Source: Basidiobolus meristosporus CBS 931.73 (lineage: Eukaryota; Fungi; Basidiobolomycota). Taken from it: a stretch of 64,000 bases of DNA. Shown here one piece after another: positions 59,301 to 64,000 of the stretch (its first letter is position 1; each line of letters begins with the position of its first letter). The notes under the pieces were generated by a model. It searched no databases and was not told where the DNA came from. It saw only the letters and a list, made by a program, of their open reading frames with translations. Made by a program: the position numbers and the translations under genes. The DNA lies in the NCBI GenBank assembly GCA_002104905.1, contig MCFE01000454.1:1-64000 (forward strand). The letters are read 5' to 3'.

Positions 59301-59975
59301 TCGGTGGTTTTCACACAGGAAGAACACGTCATCCCTTCGATCTGCATAGTGGCACGGCTCATGGTAACCATATTCTTGGTTGGTTTCTTTTTGTTGATAA
59401 CTTCCCACTGCAAGTCGACCAAGTCATACCCGATATTGGATATCGCCTCCTCGATGATCTTCCCAAGACTTGCTTGATCTCCATTTGTGAATACGGCTAC
59501 ACCACGACCCGTCAGTGCACTGACACTGATTGACTCTGGAAGTATGGATTCGATGGCTGTCAACGCCTTTTCCGTGGTTTTGACGCATGAGGAGCAAGTC
59601 ATTCCCCTCGATCTGCATGATAGCACGATACTCCAGAGATTCCTTGCTTTCTGTTGGTACAGTGGTTGGGTTCTGTGACTGATTTGCGATAATCTCCCAT
59701 TGGAGATCAACCAAATCGTAACCAATGTTTGAGATAGACTTCTCGATGGCTTTACTTAGCCTGTCGCGATCGTCAAGTGTGAAACTGGCTACGCCACGGC
59801 CAGTCAATGAACTGACACTGATGGAGTCTATGACGATTGAGTCGATTGCTGCCAAGGCTTTTTCCGTGCTTTTGACGCATGACGAGCAGGTCATTCCCTC
59901 AATTTGCATGATGGCCCGATATAGGAAGCTCTGGTCAGGTTGAGAAACTTTAATACTCTGTAGCTCTGACGACAT
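56390..59975 (-). CDS. CCC2: Cu(I)-transporting P1B-type ATPase (Ccc2/ATP7-like) with four N-terminal metal-binding domains; 1-nt frameshift in a C4 run at 59604-59607
   Basis: GMTCSSC x4 once ORFs 59424-59975 and 56390-59725 are joined; TGES, IACPCGLGLASP, DKTGT, SEHPL, GDGIND, YN and M..SS membrane ligands. Confidence 0.93.
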
Positions 59976-62900
59976 TTCAGTCTGAACTGTTTGTATGAAT
60001 AGCGTATATTAATGAGGGATGAAGGTAAGGTAATTAGTGAGTTAATGAATGTGAGGTTGGTTGTTACACGGTTGACTTTATATTATTCCTGATGTCCTGA
60101 AGCTTACCTAATTTAGCATTTCCCAGCAAAGTCAAAGATCCTCAAGAAATTTCTGTTTCTGGATTGATGAGTTAAGGTGGGAGCGCGATTTCAGCTATTG
60201 GTCAATATGTCAGTATACAACCGAATTTCTCATTTCTTGGAATTCGAAAATCAATTGGATTAGTGATTTGACTGAAAATCTGATTACACATTAGCCAATG
60301 CCACTCTCGGATTTCTATAGATTTGTAATTAAATCGAATAATCTTGTCTAACAAACAAATATACTAGTTCTAGAAAGATACTTCAAAAAGCGGCCAAAAT
60401 CCCTCATATTCATGATCGTAATAGACAATGAGCCTCAGCTTGCTAAACTATATTCATGGTTTTCTAGATTTTTGTTCTTGTGGATGGAAATTTGTTGCTC
60501 TTGGATTTTATGATCAGAACAATTAGTGCATAATAGCCCAAGACGTCAATGTTTAAGGAGATGAAGCACAGTATGTGTACCTTGAGGGCTATGATATCGC
60601 TACTATGACTAATACCATTGGCATGCTCCTGTGCTTTCAAGTATATTTGATTAGTCAAGATTGTACTCGATGACATCTATCTATCATAGTGGAATCACTT
60701 CACAACATACCACCACAAGGAGAGTCTACGCGCAAGAGCAAAAAGTCAATCCGTTATACTATCATAGCTCTACGCCACCATAACTAGCAGTAACTTTGTC
60801 CTAATCATAGCCAAAGCATGCGCGTTTTATCACCTATAGCGACCATAATAACAATGGGATTGCATCTTGTTTTCCCGACCAAAGCTGCTAGCAGTAGTAG
60901 GAATTCGAAGTATTGCACCAGACTCGTTAGGGATGTATATTCCAGATCGTTTTCGATCGAATACTGAATACATAAGTTACGGATGGGGAGTACCCAACCC
61001 CCACGTAATCCAAAATTATTGGTGATTTTGTAGACACCTATCAAAAAAGCCTATTGTGTTGGTAGATACGTCACAGACTTGATAGAGTCTGAAATGGCTG
61101 GAGCTTTGCAGCATCCCAACCTCGGGCAAATCAGATGTACTGGCGGTTTCCTGGTCATGAAGTTGTTCTCCTCACCCGCTTCCGATACATGATCATTTTC
61201 AAGGAACGTTACCTCCTTTTAGCAGGCCTTCACTTGCTCAATACATGGCTCAGCACCCTAACTGACTTGCGAATAGCCAAGAGGTAAAGCAGCGATAATA
61301 TGCAAGGAAGAAATAATAGAGATAAGTAAGGGGATGGTAGTTCTCGCTATTAGATATTTGCTGTTATACATAGATGTTTCGAGTATACGCTACTTTCAGG
61401 GTCTAGCTACAGATTCTTCCATTACCAAGCTGAATACTCGTACAGGGTAGATGAGTTCTACTGTCCAAACATAAAACCACGCTACTTTTTGGCTGCTATA
61501 CAACGTCCACCGATACTTGGAATCGAATAATCGACACTCATGATTAGATTTGCCAACCACTTATTAGGGAGAAACCATTATCCTTAACCAGTCAAAATCT
61601 TCAATTTCCATAAATAACCATGCGGACACTGGAATAATTTTATAGCAATTAGATGACCGAGTGTGATAGATGGGGTGAGGTATTTTTGCCGAATGGGTCA
61701 CATCTAAATGCTTATCGATGGGCCAATGTATGGATATGCCTAGTGCAAGTTTGATTCACTGGAATTATCCCAACTACGTTGTGGAGACGTACACTACAAC
61801 GGAAAAATACCAAGATTTTCATGTTATTCGGAGCATGGGAGTGAGGCTTAGTCTCGCTTCATATGAGTAATCCGCTAGAACCTATAGCATCCCAAAAGCA
61901 AGGTATGTTCTGTAACCGCAATGAATGGCTAATGAAATAGCCATGATATGTTATTTCCCATCGGATTGTGAGATAAGGTTATTAAGCCTGTAGTCTGCTC
62001 CACATCCAGATCTTCGGCAGGCAACAAAAATACAAGTCTTGGGCTATTCCAATCGACTCTTTGGGGCGGCAACATGGAATAGTCTACATATCTGACTAGT
62101 AAAGTCAGTTTTGCTGAAAATATAGTCCGAAAATACTAATTGCGGGAAGAGAATTCATTGCGTTCCGAAAATACCTGGGAAATCATTGAGCCACCAAATA
62201 TAGTCAGTCTTGATCTGCAGAGTCCGATGGAAATTCCCTAGTCTGAATGTAGGAGTCACAATGTCTTGTTAGCAATATGGCTCGCTTAATGCTCGAGATG
62301 GCTCAGTTGTAGTTCAGTGCTTATAAGCAATCTACCAACTGGTAGAGACGGTGTGCTTATTCCACAGTGCTGGCAATAGCTTTGTAGCTGTACAGTTGAT
62401 TATATCCAAGGTTTTCCATAAGTATATGACAAAATAGAATGCTGCGTCAATTGTACCCAAATTTCAGGATATTATTGAATGGATATCTTGCCAAAATCAA
62501 TTAAGCAGTTCAGTACATTCTCCCATTTCCATAATGATTTGCTTACCGAAATTGATCAATTCTACAGCTATACTGGAACCAATACCGGAACCAATACCGG
62601 AAACAGTGAAGCGCTAGACTGTAATAGGATCTTGATTAGTGGCATTTTATGCTATGCTGTAGTCTCTACACTCACAGTTGTTGAATGTTGCGTTCAAAGA
62701 CAAGGGAGATGGAAAAATATAATTCCAATAGATCAACATCCCAAATTCATGGAAGTCTACTGATACGAATATACCGAAAAGTTTCTTTATTGCGCTGTGC
62801 TTGAGTGCGTCTACGGCAGACTTGATTTATTCCCATTGGCTGACAGATAAGGTTCGGTAAGCCAGAAATCTAATTCAAATCCCGATCTTTGACATACAAT

Positions 62901-63086
62901 CATGGCGCCCCATATGGTCAAATGTGGCAGCTCAACATTTAATGATAAGCGTTAAAGTCAGTGTGACTGAAAATATAACCCGAAATTACCAATTGAGGGA
63001 GGTGACATTTTCCGGCTTCAAGGATGTTGGTTGTGTGAAGAAGTATAAATATGCAGTACTAGTCATTTCGTCATGTATACATCAAA

Positions 63087-64000
63087 ATGAAAGGTCCCTT
63101 CGCAGAGCTTTCGCATCCACGCGAGATTATTAAGAATTTCATTCCAGGTTGGTTTGCAGTGAACATGGGAACTGGGATTACTGGTATTGTAATTGCCAAT
63201 TTCCCGTTCCCATTTCGTGGCATGGTAGCCATTGGGTCGATTTTCTTCCTAGCAAACGTATCCATGTTCTGTCTGTTTACGCTACTATTTGTGGCAAGAA
63301 TCATAATGTTCCCTGAAACAATACCTCCGTTGCTTAAGCACAGCCAGTGCCTAATGCTGAGTACCATTCCCATGGGGCTGACTACGTTGACGAACTATAT
63401 TATCCTAGTGGTGGTTCCCACGCATTCCTGGGCCTTGGAGCTAGCTTATGTCCTGTGGTGGATTGAGTTCGTCTTCACGCTTTTCAGCATATTTGGCATT
63501 CCGTTCTATATGATGAGGTTTCATCTACTTAAAATAGAGACGGCAAACGGAGCTTGGCTTTTACCATTGGTCCCAGCCGTGGTCACTGGGGCATCCGGTT
63601 GTTATCTTTCACGCTACCTGGAGAGTGAAGGTCACAGAGCCCTCATGATCCTGACCATTTCTAGTATCACCCTAGGCTGTGGGCTGTCCTTAGCGCTTCC
63701 GGTGATTGGAATCTACTTCTACCGACTGATAGCCCATGACTTCCCATCCGAGGATGTCGTTATTACTGCTTTTCTCCCTGTTGGGCCATTAGGCCAAGGA
63801 ACATACGGCATCATTGAGATGGGCTGGGCATGTCAGAAGGTGATTGGGGATAAATATGCGCCTGGGTTTGGCAACAGTGCCTTCACAGTTTGCGTAATCA
63901 TTGCGTTTTTCCTGTGGGGCTATGGGATTTGGTATCTAAGCTTTGCTATAGCATCGATTGGTGTTAGGCGGCGAGCCGGGATCCGTTTCAACATGGGCTG
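63087..64000 (+). CDS. TDT/SLAC1-family transporter (Ssu1/Mae1-like), truncated by the window end
   Basis: Open frame MKGPF..IKNFIPGWFAVNMGTG..STIPMG..AWLLPLVP..YFYRL..FLPVGPLGQG..WGYGIW..RFNMG with many TM segments; missing from the ORF track because it has no stop in the window. Confidence 0.9.
   Translation, partial: MKGPFAELSHPREIIKNFIPGWFAVNMGTGITGIVIANFPFPFRGMVAIGSIFFLANVSMFCLFTLLFVARIIMFPETIPPLLKHSQCLMLSTIPMGLTTLTNYIILVVVPTHSWALELAYVLWWIEFVFTLFSIFGIPFYMMRFHLLKIETANGAWLLPLVPAVVTGASGCYLSRYLESEGHRALMILTISSITLGCGLSLALPVIGIYFYRLIAHDFPSEDVVITAFLPVGPLGQGTYGIIEMGWACQKVIGDKYAPGFGNSAFTVCVIIAFFLWGYGIWYLSFAIASIGVRRRAGIRFNMG

Noticed and set aside
62575-62602. 12-bp tandem repeat ggaaccaatacc
   Set aside because: About two units only; a trivial slippage repeat.
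60464-62763. Short ORFs in the 3-kb gap between the Cu-ATPase and the TDT transporter (including a 49-aa signal-like ORF at 60818-60967)
   Set aside because: No homology cues or consistent exon structure; could be a gene relic but cannot be supported.
1-64000. CRISPR arrays, tRNA and rRNA genes
   Set aside because: None recognised by eye; tRNAscan-SE or Infernal would be needed to exclude small RNAs.

Overview
Eukaryotic DNA from a fungus with short GT-AG introns. The gene set suggests an early-diverging lineage such as Zoopagomycota or Mucoromycota (inference). The window has two parts. (1) About 1-22,040 is a nest of decayed transposons, nearly free of CG dinucleotides: a Ty3/Gypsy retrotransposon; three copies of a CACTA/EnSpm-like (tnp2) element, two of them with a divergent accessory gene; a complete 3.28-kb PIF/Harbinger-superfamily (PHIS) element with TIRs and an AAT target duplication; and three foldback MITEs sharing its TIR. 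(2) About 22,040-64,000 is gene-rich: an SDR, ValRS, cyclin L, Trs31, Vip1, an LRR protein, a C2H2 TF, a Kelch-TM protein, a GH9 cellulase, a GATA TF, an F-box protein, a Cu-P1B ATPase and a TDT/Ssu1-like transporter. Several small genes are absent from the ORF track or mis-started in it: two tandem 54-55 aa B12D/NDUFA4-like genes and a cluster of four TATA-driven 50-73 aa microproteins. Three of the four end in a conserved [KQ]-D-[LM]-[GE]-[ST]-[YF]-V-W-W-stop tail; this cluster is my best candidate for an undescribed system. All family assignments are from motif recognition by eye; no searches were run.
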